From a bacterium (lineage in GTDB: Bacteria; Patescibacteriota; Minisyncoccia; Phycocordibacterales; UBA5272), in the NCBI GenBank assembly GCA_027482685.1, contig JAIXVU010000002.1, positions 19,352 to 83,351 of the forward strand: DNA of 64,000 nt, read 5' to 3'. Shown here piece after piece: positions 10,257-20,637 of this stretch. The first letter of the stretch is position 1, and every line of letters starts with the position of its first letter. The translations under genes and the position numbers were made by a program. The notes under the pieces were generated by a model. That model did not search any database and was not told the origin of the DNA. It saw nothing but the letters and a program-made list of their open reading frames with translations.

Positions 10257-11030
10257 ATGAAAGTTGTACTACTAGCGGGTGGGTTAGGAACACGATTAAA
10301 TGAAGAGACTCAGGTAAAACCGAAACCAATGGTAGAGATAGGTGGTAGGCCAATACTTTGGCATATCATGAAGATATACGCTCATCACGGTTTTACTGAA
10401 TTTGTTATTTGTCTTGGATACAAGAGTCATTATGTAAAAGAGTGGTTCAGTGATTACTTCTTGCACAATAGTGATTTTACATTAGACATGAAAGATAATA
10501 CTATTACGTATCACAAGACAGCAGAGGAGAAGTGGAAAATTACATTTGTTGATACAGGGCATCTAACTATGACAGGTGGGAGAATAAAAAGAATCCAAGA
10601 ACATATCGGAAATGAGTCATTCATGATGACATACGGGGACGGTGTTGCAGATATCGATATCAAGAAACTTGTTGATTTCCACAAAAAAGGAAAGCGAATT
10701 GCTACGATTACATCTGTACTTCCTGAAGGAAGGTTCGGAACTATTTTTTCTGATAAGGATTACTTGGTTACATCATTTAGTGAAAAGACTGATAACAAGA
10801 ACAGGGTCAACGGAGGTTTTTTTGTGTTTGAGCCGAAAGTGTTTGACTATATTCTTAATGGCGATGAGACAATTTTTGAAAAAGGCCCGCTTGAACAACT
10901 TGCAAAAGATAATCAGTTGCAAGCATACCATCATGATGGGTTCTGGAAGCCAATGGATACGTTAAATGATAAGAATAAACTAGAAGAAATGTGGAATAAA
11001 GGGGGCGCACCGTGGAAGATATGGGATTAA
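10257..11030 (+). CDS. rfbF: Glucose-1-phosphate cytidylyltransferase
   Basis: LAGGLGTR, PKPMVEIG, TMTGGRIKR, TYGDGV and GFWKPMDT. Confidence 0.95.
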   Translation: MKVVLLAGGLGTRLNEETQVKPKPMVEIGGRPILWHIMKIYAHHGFTEFVICLGYKSHYVKEWFSDYFLHNSDFTLDMKDNTITYHKTAEEKWKITFVDTGHLTMTGGRIKRIQEHIGNESFMMTYGDGVADIDIKKLVDFHKKGKRIATITSVLPEGRFGTIFSDKDYLVTSFSEKTDNKNRVNGGFFVFEPKVFDYILNGDETIFEKGPLEQLAKDNQLQAYHHDGFWKPMDTLNDKNKLEEMWNKGGAPWKIWD

Positions 11031-11048
11031 TCTTATTGCATCACTTGA

Positions 11049-12833
11049 ATGAAAAATACCACACAATCTAAAAAGCTATATTCAGAAGTAATTGTAGATT
11101 TTTTGGTAGAGAAAAAAATCACTCATGTATTTGATCTAACTGGTGGCATGATTGCGTTTATTGAAGATGCTATCAGCAAGACAAAAGGCATTGATTGTGT
11201 ACCTGTTCATCACGAACAAGCAGCAGGATTTGCAGCCGAAGGCTATGCAAGGAATGGGAATAATTTTGGGGTAGCAATTGCTACAAGCGGGCCAGGTGCA
11301 ATGAACTTAATGACGGCAATCGGTAGTTGTTATTTTGATTCTGTTCCAACGTTATTTATAACAGGTCAAGTACATACCGATAATATCAAGAAGAATAGTC
11401 TTGTACGCCAAGAGGGGTTCCAAGAAACTGATGTGGTAACTATCGTAAAGTCTCTCACTAAATATGCAGTACTAGTAACTGATCCTAATCAAGTTCTCTA
11501 CGAACTTGAAAAAGCACATTATATTATGAAACAAGGTCGTCCAGGACCAGTGCTTGTTGATATACCGATTAATATACAAAGAACTTTAGTAGACAGTAAG
11601 AACGCACAGCATTTCTATGGTTCAAAGGAACATAAGAAAATGGAATCAGAGAATTCTAAGCTCTATAAAGAGATTGGTAAAACAAAAATATCAGTATTTC
11701 AAAAATTATTAGAAGAGTCTAAAGCGCCTCTTGTTCTTGTGGGTAATGGTGTTAGATTATCTCAAACAACGAAAGAACTTGCGATGTTTGTGAAGAATAA
11801 TAATATACCAGTTGTAGCGTCTCTAATGGGGCTTGATACATTTTCAAATACAAAATATTTTGTCGGGTACATCGGTTCTAATGGTAACAGGCATGCCAAT
11901 ATAACGTTTGCAAATGCTGATCTTATAATTGTTCTCGGCAGCAGATTAGATATCAGGCAGACAGGGGATCCTAAATTTTTTAATCAAAGAGCAACTATTA
12001 TTCATGCAGATATTGATGCAAGTTCTATCGACTATGCAATTCCTGCAAAGATATCTTTTAATACGGATTTACCTCATTTCTTTTCTGCTACGAAACATAT
12101 AAAAACTCCAGTTAAAAAACCTTGGGTGAATTTTATCAAACAGGTAACAAATGCTTTTGCTCGACCGTTGGTATATGGTAATGAGATAAATCCAAATACA
12201 TTTTTTACCGAACTTTCAAATGCAAGTTATCCTGATTCAACTATTGTTGTTGATGTCGGCCAAAATCAACAATGGTGTGCCCAGTCGTGGACTGTAAAAA
12301 ATAATCAGAGGCTTCTATTCTCAGGTGGAATGGGCGCAATGGGGTTCGCATTACCTGCTGCAATTGGTGCATGGTACACCAATCAGAAATCTCAAGTCAT
12401 TGTCATATCTGGAGATGGGGGTATACAGATCAACATTCAAGAATTAGAAACTGTTAGTAGAAATAAAATACCAATGAAGATTTTTGTATTGAATAATAAA
12501 TCTCTTGGCATGGTTCGTGAGTTTCAAGATTTGTATTTTAATAAAAACTATCAGTCAACAGTGAAGGGGTATGGTAATCCGGATTTCAAGAAACTTGCAG
12601 GAGCATATGGGATTGATTATGCTCTCATAAAAAAGATTTCAAATAACGATTCTAATCTCAAAGATATACTTGCAAGTAGCAGGCCGGCACTTATTGAAGT
12701 TGAGATACCAATAACTGCTAAGCTAGAACCGAAAGTAGTCTACGGGCATAAGCTTGATGATCAAGCTCCATATCTTGATCAAGCGCAGCATGACTTTTTG
12801 GAACAATTAAAAGCCAGGCTGTATACTTTATAG
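11049..12833 (+). CDS. TPP-dependent acetolactate-synthase-like enzyme (YerE-like)
   Basis: HHEQAAGFAAEGYAR, TSGPGA, GRPGPV and GDGG...NN TPP motif; co-operonic with rfbGF. Confidence 0.85.
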   Translation: MKNTTQSKKLYSEVIVDFLVEKKITHVFDLTGGMIAFIEDAISKTKGIDCVPVHHEQAAGFAAEGYARNGNNFGVAIATSGPGAMNLMTAIGSCYFDSVPTLFITGQVHTDNIKKNSLVRQEGFQETDVVTIVKSLTKYAVLVTDPNQVLYELEKAHYIMKQGRPGPVLVDIPINIQRTLVDSKNAQHFYGSKEHKKMESENSKLYKEIGKTKISVFQKLLEESKAPLVLVGNGVRLSQTTKELAMFVKNNNIPVVASLMGLDTFSNTKYFVGYIGSNGNRHANITFANADLIIVLGSRLDIRQTGDPKFFNQRATIIHADIDASSIDYAIPAKISFNTDLPHFFSATKHIKTPVKKPWVNFIKQVTNAFARPLVYGNEINPNTFFTELSNASYPDSTIVVDVGQNQQWCAQSWTVKNNQRLLFSGGMGAMGFALPAAIGAWYTNQKSQVIVISGDGGIQINIQELETVSRNKIPMKIFVLNNKSLGMVREFQDLYFNKNYQSTVKGYGNPDFKKLAGAYGIDYALIKKISNNDSNLKDILASSRPALIEVEIPITAKLEPKVVYGHKLDDQAPYLDQAQHDFLEQLKARLYTL

Positions 12834-12835
12834 TT

Positions 12836-13732
12836 ATGAAATCGATAGCAATTCTAGGTGCAACCGGGTATATTGGAACATCCTTGTCTCGCGAGTTTGC
12901 AATGCAAAAAGAAACAATAGATTTATACCTATTCTCTCGCTCACAAGAAAAGATTTTGAGTCTGAAGGAATCTATTAAAGAGCTAGGGGAACAGTCTAAT
13001 AATTATTTTTATTCTAAGGACGTATTCCACAATCATACCTACGATGTCATCATTAATTGTACAGGAGTGAGTGACCTTACCACACTCACTGAACAACCCG
13101 ATCAGATTATCGACATCACTGAGAGTATGGATATTATAATCCTCGAATACCTTAAGAAGAAACCAGATACAATGTATATCAACATGAGTAGTGGTGCGGT
13201 ACATAACACGCCAGGCGCTGGCTCATCCACTATGACTCCAGCAGACTTTTATACTTTCGCAAAAAAAGAAGCAGAGAAGAAGCATCGCTCACTCGGTAAT
13301 CTTTCTATCGTTGATATCCGCATCTTTTCTTTTTTTAGTCGTTATGTTAATCCGAAAAGTCACTTTTTAATGTCAGAAATAGTTGATTGTATAACTAATA
13401 ATAAAGTTTTTGAAACAAGTGGTGAAGATATTATTCGTGACTATATTTCGCCGCATGATTTATGTGCACTCATTCTTTGCATTATCAACAAAAAGAAAAT
13501 AAATGATGCTTATGATGCATATAGTAAATCTCCAGTTTCTAAATTTGAAATACTAAATTTTTTAAAAGAAAAACACGGGCTTGTTTATAGTATTAAAGAA
13601 GGAACTATAAAAAATGGGTTATCTAAAAACGATTATATTCCAAAAGATAAGAAAGCAAATACACTAGGGTACGACCCGGTGTTTAGCTCACTTGAAAGCA
13701 TTAATCATGAGATTAACGCACTTCTGAAATAA
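12836..13732 (+). CDS. NAD(P)-dependent sugar epimerase/reductase (YerF-like)
   Basis: GATGYIG, SSGAV and YxxxK (YTFAK) extended SDR motifs. Confidence 0.8.
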   Translation: MKSIAILGATGYIGTSLSREFAMQKETIDLYLFSRSQEKILSLKESIKELGEQSNNYFYSKDVFHNHTYDVIINCTGVSDLTTLTEQPDQIIDITESMDIIILEYLKKKPDTMYINMSSGAVHNTPGAGSSTMTPADFYTFAKKEAEKKHRSLGNLSIVDIRIFSFFSRYVNPKSHFLMSEIVDCITNNKVFETSGEDIIRDYISPHDLCALILCIINKKKINDAYDAYSKSPVSKFEILNFLKEKHGLVYSIKEGTIKNGLSKNDYIPKDKKANTLGYDPVFSSLESINHEINALLK

Positions 13733-13739
13733 TCTGGAA

Positions 13740-14714
13740 TTATTTACCAGCTTTTGCTTTCTCTACTTGCTCCTGTACCCAGGTGTACATGATAGCCATC
13801 CCATCTTTCAGCGAGAAGTGAGGTTTCCACCCAAGTTTTTCTTCAATGAGTTTATTGTCAGAGTTTCTTCCTCTCACACCAAGGGCTCCAGGAATATGCT
13901 TTAGGGTTAATTTTTTCTCAGCAATTTCTGCAGTCATCTCTACCAGCTCATTAATCGTTACCATTTCGTCAGAACCGATATTAACAGGACCCATAAAATC
14001 AGAATCCATTAGTCGTCTGACGCCTTCTAGACATTCATCAATAAATAGAAATGATCGTGTTTGTCTACCATCACCCCAAACTTCCACCTCACCACCATCT
14101 GCTGCTTCAGCAACTTTTCTACATACTGCAGCTGGTGCCTTGTCTCGTCCACCAGTCCACGCTCCTTCTGGTCCAAAGATATTATGGAAACGTGCAATGC
14201 GCACATTCATGCCATAGTTTCTATGGTAAGAGAGATACATGCGTTCACTGAAGAGTTTTTCCCATCCATATTCACTATCTGGTGCTGCTGGATATGCTGA
14301 AGCTTCTGCACAGTTCGGGTTCTCTGGATCGAGCTGGTTGTGTTGTGGGTAGATACAAGCGGACGAAGAATAGAAAAGTTTTTTTATTTTTGCGATATTA
14401 CCGTAATGAGCAACGTTGAGATTTATTTGAGCTGAATTATGTACTACATCAGCATCATGCTCACCCGAGAAAATATATCCAGCACCACCCATATCAGCAG
14501 CAAGTTGATACACTTCATCAAATGGTTGATCAAACACAGACTCGCATATCTTCTGATCACGTAAATCTCCAATGATAAATTCATCAGCAAGGGTCTCACT
14601 ATATTCTGGTCGTTTGATATCAACAGCACGTACCCAGAATCCTTCTTTTTTCAATCTCGTAACCAGATGATTTCCAATAAACCCTCCACCTCCAAGAACT
14701 AGTGCTGTTTTCAT
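13740..14714 (-). CDS. GDP-mannose 3,5-epimerase-like SDR
   Basis: GGGGFIG, LAADMGGAGYI, SSACIYP, YGWEK, APAAVCRK and GVRGRNSDN; start set at MKTALV. Confidence 0.85.
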   Translation of the reverse strand: MKTALVLGGGGFIGNHLVTRLKKEGFWVRAVDIKRPEYSETLADEFIIGDLRDQKICESVFDQPFDEVYQLAADMGGAGYIFSGEHDADVVHNSAQINLNVAHYGNIAKIKKLFYSSSACIYPQHNQLDPENPNCAEASAYPAAPDSEYGWEKLFSERMYLSYHRNYGMNVRIARFHNIFGPEGAWTGGRDKAPAAVCRKVAEAADGGEVEVWGDGRQTRSFLFIDECLEGVRRLMDSDFMGPVNIGSDEMVTINELVEMTAEIAEKKLTLKHIPGALGVRGRNSDNKLIEEKLGWKPHFSLKDGMAIMYTWVQEQVEKAKAGK

Positions 14715-14817
14715 AAAAATGTGATTATTCAATTAATTATACAGAAAACACAATGTTAATCAAGTCCAAAAATAGCACCATGATACAATATAATTTATCA
14801 ACAATATAAAGTAATAT

Positions 14818-15273
14818 ATGAAAACACCACACAGACTCTCTGATGAAGATTTCGCACATATTTATAGCATGGTGCCGAGATTAAATGTGGATCTTATTGT
14901 ACGCACAGCAGATGGTGGGGTTGTACTCATTAAAAGATCAATAGAGCCACATATCGGTGCATGGCATGTCCCAGGGGGTACCGTGTATAAAGAAGAAAGA
15001 ATGTATGAGGCTGCTGTTCGCGTGGCAAAGAATGAAACTGGTTTTGATGTTGTCGTTGATAAACAACTAGGCTTTATGGAGTTTCCATTTGAAAAGCGTG
15101 GCGATTTAATGATTCATACAATAAGTATTGTAATTGAGGTAAAAGTAGTGAGTGGCGAATTAAAGCAAGACACTAATGCGAAAGAAATTAATATATTTTA
15201 TAAACTCCCAGAGGAAGATGGTATTCCAGAGCACTTTACATTTTTACAAGAGAATGGAGTTTTTGAAAAATAA
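14818..15273 (+). CDS. NUDIX hydrolase (GDP-mannose mannosyl hydrolase-like)
   Basis: WHVPGGTVYKEERMYEAAVRVAKNETG variant Nudix box. Confidence 0.8.
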   Translation: MKTPHRLSDEDFAHIYSMVPRLNVDLIVRTADGGVVLIKRSIEPHIGAWHVPGGTVYKEERMYEAAVRVAKNETGFDVVVDKQLGFMEFPFEKRGDLMIHTISIVIEVKVVSGELKQDTNAKEINIFYKLPEEDGIPEHFTFLQENGVFEK

Positions 15274-16134
15274 TTAGTAACTTTCTTTCTTAAAGAAGCG
15301 CGTTGAATCTTTTTGCATTGCATCTACAATTTGAGCGATACCCGTTTCTATACTTGTTTTTGGTTTCCAGTAGTTTAATATAAAGTCATTAGGTTCATTT
15401 CTTTTATCTTTTTGTACTTCATCTTTTGAGATTGCTGGGATTATCCTTGATCCAGGGAAATGTGAAGCGATTATGTTTGCAACATTGAGAATGTTTGTCC
15501 AATCAAAATTGGTGATATGGAGCTCTTTATCTCGAGGGATCTCGGAGTATTTTTCAGATAGTGTTACTAGCGCTTCACAGCAGTCATCAGCAAAGAGGAA
15601 CTGCCTCTCTTCTGTTCCATCGGTTAGAAGGTCAATCGTACTCGTATCATGTGCCTTTATAATAAGGTCAGTTATCACATGGGACTTATCTAGATCATGT
15701 TCCACCCCATACACATTCCAGAACTTCACGATAATACCGCCTAATATTTCGGTATATGATTCACCGACTGCTTTTAATCTGCCATAACTTGAATATGACA
15801 TGTTTGACATTTGGCTAGACGCAAAGATGAAAGGCTTTTTGTATTTGTGTAGTACATCAAACGTGTGAGTCATTAACTTCATGTTATTGCCGATGAAGTC
15901 TGGCGTTTGTTGATAGATTTTCAAATATCGTGACCCTCCAACATCAAACGCTAAAAAGAAAACAAAATCAGCTTGTGCAACGAGTGTATCTAGAAGGGGG
16001 TTGTTATAGATACGAAGGTCTTGTTCAGGGGAGTTCACAATATCAAACTCAAGCACATCATGCCCTTTTTGTTGTAAAAAGCTCGTAAGTGCTGCACCCA
16101 CTTGTCCTTCTGATCCTAATACGAGGTATTTCAT
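15274..16134 (-). CDS. NAD-dependent epimerase/dehydratase
   Basis: LGSEGQVG, FASS, YGRLK and NVYG. Confidence 0.85.
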   Translation of the reverse strand: MKYLVLGSEGQVGAALTSFLQQKGHDVLEFDIVNSPEQDLRIYNNPLLDTLVAQADFVFFLAFDVGGSRYLKIYQQTPDFIGNNMKLMTHTFDVLHKYKKPFIFASSQMSNMSYSSYGRLKAVGESYTEILGGIIVKFWNVYGVEHDLDKSHVITDLIIKAHDTSTIDLLTDGTEERQFLFADDCCEALVTLSEKYSEIPRDKELHITNFDWTNILNVANIIASHFPGSRIIPAISKDEVQKDKRNEPNDFILNYWKPKTSIETGIAQIVDAMQKDSTRFFKKESY

Positions 16135-16222
16135 AATGCTATTTTATAGATAATTAGTTTAACTGTACTATTTTTTTTACTTTATTGCAAAGATTTTTAT
16201 TGAATGTTACCCTGTTAACACC

Positions 16223-16711
16223 ATGATTATTCAATACAACGATTTAGCAAAAATTCGTGATATACACAAGGATAAAAAAATAGTTTTCTGTTCAGGGAGT
16301 TTTGATTTGTTACATGCGGGGCATGTTCTTTTTTTTGAGGAATGCAAAAAATTTGGTGATATTCTAGTGGTTGCAGTTGGGGATGATTCTATTATAAAAA
16401 TAAAAGGCAGTAATCGCCCTATCTTGAATGAATACATTAGGATAAAAATGGTTGACTCATTAAAAGTAGTTGATTTTTGTTTTAAACATAAAAATGTTCC
16501 TGGTGCTTTTCTTAACCAGTTTATGCTGGAAGTGTTAGAGTTACTTCAGCCTAACACGTGGGTTATTAATGCAGATGCAAGTGAAATAGATTTTAGAAAA
16601 GAGTTGGCAAAAAAATTTAATGTAGATATACATATTTTAAATAGAGAGTGCCCACCTGAGTTTGAAGAAATTTCAACTTCAAATATTATAAAAAAAATTG
16701 CAAATATGTAA
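16223..16711 (+). CDS. Cytidylyl/adenylyltransferase (TagD/RfaE domain II family)
   Basis: GSFDLLHAGH (HxGH) and ISTSNI. Confidence 0.9.
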   Translation: MIIQYNDLAKIRDIHKDKKIVFCSGSFDLLHAGHVLFFEECKKFGDILVVAVGDDSIIKIKGSNRPILNEYIRIKMVDSLKVVDFCFKHKNVPGAFLNQFMLEVLELLQPNTWVINADASEIDFRKELAKKFNVDIHILNRECPPEFEEISTSNIIKKIANM

Positions 16712-16807
16712 GTGTAGTCCGGAAATACTCATGATCTACAAAATAAAAAAACTGCATTCAAGTCAAAGGACATGCCTCTGGTCTTGAATGCAGTATCGAA
16801 GAGTTCT

Positions 16808-17554
16808 TCAGCTCAATGAGAGCCGGCCCAGCTTCCGGAGGGCGGCATACGTGACATCGCGCGCGCAGCTCTCGATGGCGAAACCGGGATTGTCTTCCCA
16901 CAGCTTGTCGGACTCGATGAGCGTTACCCATTCGTTGAGTGGGAAGAGTATCATGGCGAGATGTTCCGTACTGTCGAACTTCGTCGGCCCCTTGATCATG
17001 GTTTTCTTCATGATGCCGAGGTATGGAAAGCATTGCACGTGGGAGTTGCGCACAGTGCTCCACACTCCGTTTGAGGAGGAGAGTGGAATCAAGTTTTCAA
17101 GCTCGGTTCCGGTCTCTTCCTTCCACTCGCGGAGGCCGGTGGCATGCATTGTTTCTGCCATGCTGTTGAGGGCAATTTCGGCCTTGTTGGGGACGCCGCA
17201 GATCGGCACGATCGTGATGCGATCGTTGCCATGCTTCCATTCGGCGGTGACTGGTACGTACTCGTTGCCGTCTTCGTCTTTGATTAGTGCGAAGACGCAG
17301 GCGTACGGCTTGAAGTGCGTTGTGAATCCGTCGAAGGTTTTGCCGTCATAGGGGTTCTGGTGCTTGATCGCGTAGGTCTTGGGAGCGAAGCGGTCGTAGT
17401 CAGCACGCTCACTTGGCGTCGCCGTCTCAAGGAACGTGGTGAGGGGGATTGCCTCTGCCAACTTCGACCAAGGCTTGATGTCCAGGGAACGGATGCTTTC
17501 GAAGCACGTATTCGCCGAGAGTACAGGCCAACCAAGGTATTGTTTCGAGTGCAT
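16808..17554 (-). CDS. Divergent NUDIX-fold hydrolase (GC-rich orphan)
   Basis: CG...ATGLREWKEETG Nudix box; GGAGG SD and TTGACT-17-TAATAT promoter at 17667-17639. Confidence 0.7.
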   Translation of the reverse strand: MHSKQYLGWPVLSANTCFESIRSLDIKPWSKLAEAIPLTTFLETATPSERADYDRFAPKTYAIKHQNPYDGKTFDGFTTHFKPYACVFALIKDEDGNEYVPVTAEWKHGNDRITIVPICGVPNKAEIALNSMAETMHATGLREWKEETGTELENLIPLSSSNGVWSTVRNSHVQCFPYLGIMKKTMIKGPTKFDSTEHLAMILFPLNEWVTLIESDKLWEDNPGFAIESCARDVTYAALRKLGRLSLS

Positions 17555-17789
17555 AGATATCCTCCAGTTTTTCCGTAGTGGGACTTGGTTTATTGCAGAA
17601 ACTCTTGCAATATGAGGGTCAAAATAGCAATCTTTAATATATTAGCATTTTTTTTATTAAAAGTCAATACTTCATATTTTAACCCTTGCACTCACTGTGT
17701 ATTTTTAGTAGAGTTTTTGGTGGATACTATAATAAGCAAAAGCATCTCGCTTAAGCGTTGTAGTAGTTCTTCAATATGGAGGATTTGTC

Positions 17790-18266
17790 ATGAATGGTCC
17801 AACAAGATCAGTGATTCCTTGCGACAAGATTCCTACGCCTCCCTTGGGCTACAGTATTCGGCTCGTCGACCAGTTGATCAATTCCTTCAGAGGGAGTAGC
17901 TTCGTCTGGAATAAGTTGACTCAAGAAGACATGCTTGGTATTCATCCAAGGCAGATGTCAGGCGAGTATGTTGCAGGAGCTGTCCTTTGCGAAGAATTCC
18001 ACAAAGCTTCGTTCTACAAGGATCACCAACTTCTTCCAGTAAATGTACTGTTGTGGCTCTTGGATAATGTCGATCAGATTCCATCAGGCTATGAAGGGAA
18101 AATCATTCCATTCTGGGGCACTGTCTTTAAGCAAAATGATATCCCTGTGATTGTCGTGCCATGTCTTGATTGCCGGCAGGGCAAGTCACGGATGGCAATG
18201 CTTCCCACTGGCGGACTTTTTGGCCCTGAAAGTCCAGCTGCTTTCACTAAGGTACTAAGAGTGTAG
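17790..18266 (+). CDS. Hypothetical protein (orphan)
   Basis: 158-aa ORF with GGAGG SD and a downstream hairpin at 18282-18309. Confidence 0.7.
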   Translation: MNGPTRSVIPCDKIPTPPLGYSIRLVDQLINSFRGSSFVWNKLTQEDMLGIHPRQMSGEYVAGAVLCEEFHKASFYKDHQLLPVNVLLWLLDNVDQIPSGYEGKIIPFWGTVFKQNDIPVIVVPCLDCRQGKSRMAMLPTGGLFGPESPAAFTKVLRV

Positions 18267-18281
18267 CCTCTCTTACAATCA

Positions 18282-18309
18282 AATACCCAGCGCGCAAGCG
18301 CTGGGTATT
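18282..18309. terminator. Bidirectional hairpin terminator
   Basis: AATACCCAGCGC-GCAA-GCGCTGGGTATT between convergent genes. Confidence 0.7.
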
Positions 18310-18311
18310 GT

Positions 18312-19079
18312 TCATTTCAATAGTAATCGTACATATCTTACAAGTATATATACTAAAAAAGTAGGATGGGAGAGGAGGTTTTTTCCTGCACCTTCATAAG
18401 AGAGCTTGGCGATAGATTCAAATCGTTCACCGCGTGTTCGCTTTCGGAAGTTAAGCCCAGATGATTGATTATACCCATCAGAGATTGTACTGTTATGATC
18501 ATGATAGTACATCTTTTCATGTATTCCTATCTGATAAAAGTAAATCCACTCCTCACCTTGTTTAACCGTTTTTGAAAATGTGGCACTTGTTGCAAGTTTG
18601 GTTTCGATACAGTGTGTTGCATCTCCTTTGCCACGTCTTAAAAGTAAATAATCACGAGCATATGAATAGGAGGTATCAGGTTTAGGAAATTTAGTTATAG
18701 GGGTACCATCTTTATAGGCACGATTAGTCAGTATCCATCGTTTGTTAGGATTAGTAAGAATAAGATCATGTAATGTCTGTAATGTATCTGGTGCAAAGTA
18801 ATCATCATCATCTAAAAAGATAACCCATTTAGAATCCGCAGAAACACTCTGCAAACCTTTGTTCCTACTGTAATTAACTCCACGATTCAGATCGTTTGTC
18901 TTATAGATAATACGTGAGTCATTAATTGAAGAGACAAACGGCACGTAGGAAATATCACCTGGAGAGTCATTAATGATTATTATCTCCCAGTTTTTATATG
19001 TTTGTCCAATGAGGGAATCAACCGCACGGACGAGTGTATCGGCACGCCTATAAGTTGGAGTAATAATACTGAAACGCAT
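18312..19079 (-). CDS. Glycosyltransferase family 2
   Basis: SIITPTYRR, NRGVNYSRN and FLDDDD. Confidence 0.9.
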   Translation of the reverse strand: MRFSIITPTYRRADTLVRAVDSLIGQTYKNWEIIIINDSPGDISYVPFVSSINDSRIIYKTNDLNRGVNYSRNKGLQSVSADSKWVIFLDDDDYFAPDTLQTLHDLILTNPNKRWILTNRAYKDGTPITKFPKPDTSYSYARDYLLLRRGKGDATHCIETKLATSATFSKTVKQGEEWIYFYQIGIHEKMYYHDHNSTISDGYNQSSGLNFRKRTRGERFESIAKLSYEGAGKNLLSHPTFLVYILVRYVRLLLK

Positions 19080-19118
19080 AATTGTAGAATAGCATGTGCC
19101 CAGGCTGTACTATATAGT

Positions 19119-19817
19119 TTATACAAAGCCGAACATTTTTTTGAGTACTATTTTTATACCGAGCTTTTCTGTTATTTTCTTGCCCAGTTTGTAAATCCCT
19201 ATTTTTTTAAATAGTTTATTTAGTGGAGAACCCCACGAGTAATGCCAGAGATGAATACCGATAACATCAGGTCCCATAGGTTGCCCACGGTATTCTTGTA
19301 TATGTTCGCTATCAAATGGGTAGAAGGTTTTTGGTGGGTATACCGTTATACGCTCTTTATTTGTGTATGTCGCAAAGATATCAGTGAGCACTCTTGGAAT
19401 AGTAATAAGCTCACGTGGATTATCATCATAAAACTTTTTACAGTCATAGATAAACGGATGATGCTTCTCCGCTCCTATCATGCCAGCACTTATGACTCCA
19501 ACAGACTCTTCACCTAGCGCGCAATCACTTGCTGTAAGAGGTTCAAGTGACTGCACAAGGAGCATGTCAGTGTCTAAGTAGAAGCCTCCATGATCATAGA
19601 GAATCTGTAGTCGTGCGTAGTCAGAGACGAATGCCCATTTTTTTTCGTTATACATCTTGCTTGCAAATGGATATTTCTCAACAGGGAAGTTGAGTTCATT
19701 CCACTCAATAATCTCAAACTCTGGGCAGAGAGTCTTCCAGCTTTCAATACAGTCTAAGATATCATCATTCTTTTTAGTTTCTCCAAACCAGCAATAATGT
19801 ATAGTTTTAGGAATCAT
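19119..19817 (-). CDS. GT32 (DXD) glycosyltransferase
   Basis: IPKTIHYCWFG, AFVSDYAR and GGFYLDTD. Confidence 0.9.
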   Translation of the reverse strand: MIPKTIHYCWFGETKKNDDILDCIESWKTLCPEFEIIEWNELNFPVEKYPFASKMYNEKKWAFVSDYARLQILYDHGGFYLDTDMLLVQSLEPLTASDCALGEESVGVISAGMIGAEKHHPFIYDCKKFYDDNPRELITIPRVLTDIFATYTNKERITVYPPKTFYPFDSEHIQEYRGQPMGPDVIGIHLWHYSWGSPLNKLFKKIGIYKLGKKITEKLGIKIVLKKMFGFV

Positions 19818-19877
19818 ATGAAATGTATATAGAGTATACCATCATGCTATACTGACTCCATTATTTTACTAAGCGCT

Positions 19878-20624
19878 ATGTATAATTTTTTACGTTTTGT
19901 AAAGAGGTCATTATCTAAAGTTAAATTCACTCTGACATTTCCTCTGATCCTAAAGAGCTACCTATCTTTTAGGAAGATGGATAAAAAGAAGCGGTTTTCT
20001 ATTCCATTTGGTTCTGTGATGCCGGTTCTATTTGAAAATATCCCATTTACTAGATTTGATACTCATTATATCTATCACACCGCATGGGCAGCACGAAAGG
20101 TAAAGGAGATTGGAGCTACAGAGCATGTTGATATTTCATCGAGTCTGTACTTTTCTTCGATTGTGTCAGCATTTGTTCCTGTAAAATTTTATGATTTCAG
20201 GCCAGCAAAACTTAATTTATCTAACCTAGACTCTGCTTCGGCTAATTTGTCTAAGTTACACTTTGAAAATAATTCTATTACGTCTCTTTCATGTATGCAT
20301 ACCGTTGAACATGTTGGACTTGGTCGTTATGGAGATCCTATTGATCCAGAAGGGGATGTGCAAGCAGCGCATGAGTTACAAAGAGTTGTAGCGCGTGGTG
20401 GGTCGTTACTGTTTGTTGTCCCAATAGGTAAGCCTCGTATACAATTTAATGCGCATAGGATTTACTCATATCAAATGATAATGGAAATGTTCCCAGAGCT
20501 CACACTCAAGGAGTTTTCGCTTATTCCTGATAACGCTCTTCAACATGGAATGATATATAACGCAACAGAAGCGCAGTCTGACGCTCAAGTATACGGCTGT
20601 GGCTGTTTCTGGTTCGTAAAATAA
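19878..20624 (+). CDS. DUF268-like SAM methyltransferase
   Basis: SCMHTVEHVGLGRYGDPIDP and FNAHRIY. Confidence 0.85.
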   Translation: MYNFLRFVKRSLSKVKFTLTFPLILKSYLSFRKMDKKKRFSIPFGSVMPVLFENIPFTRFDTHYIYHTAWAARKVKEIGATEHVDISSSLYFSSIVSAFVPVKFYDFRPAKLNLSNLDSASANLSKLHFENNSITSLSCMHTVEHVGLGRYGDPIDPEGDVQAAHELQRVVARGGSLLFVVPIGKPRIQFNAHRIYSYQMIMEMFPELTLKEFSLIPDNALQHGMIYNATEAQSDAQVYGCGCFWFVK

Positions 20625-20637
20625 GTAACAAGTACAT

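Noticed and set aside
11049-12833. ilvB for branched-chain amino acid synthesis
   Set aside because: No ilvN/C/D nearby and it is embedded in a CDP-sugar operon; YerE-like is the better reading.
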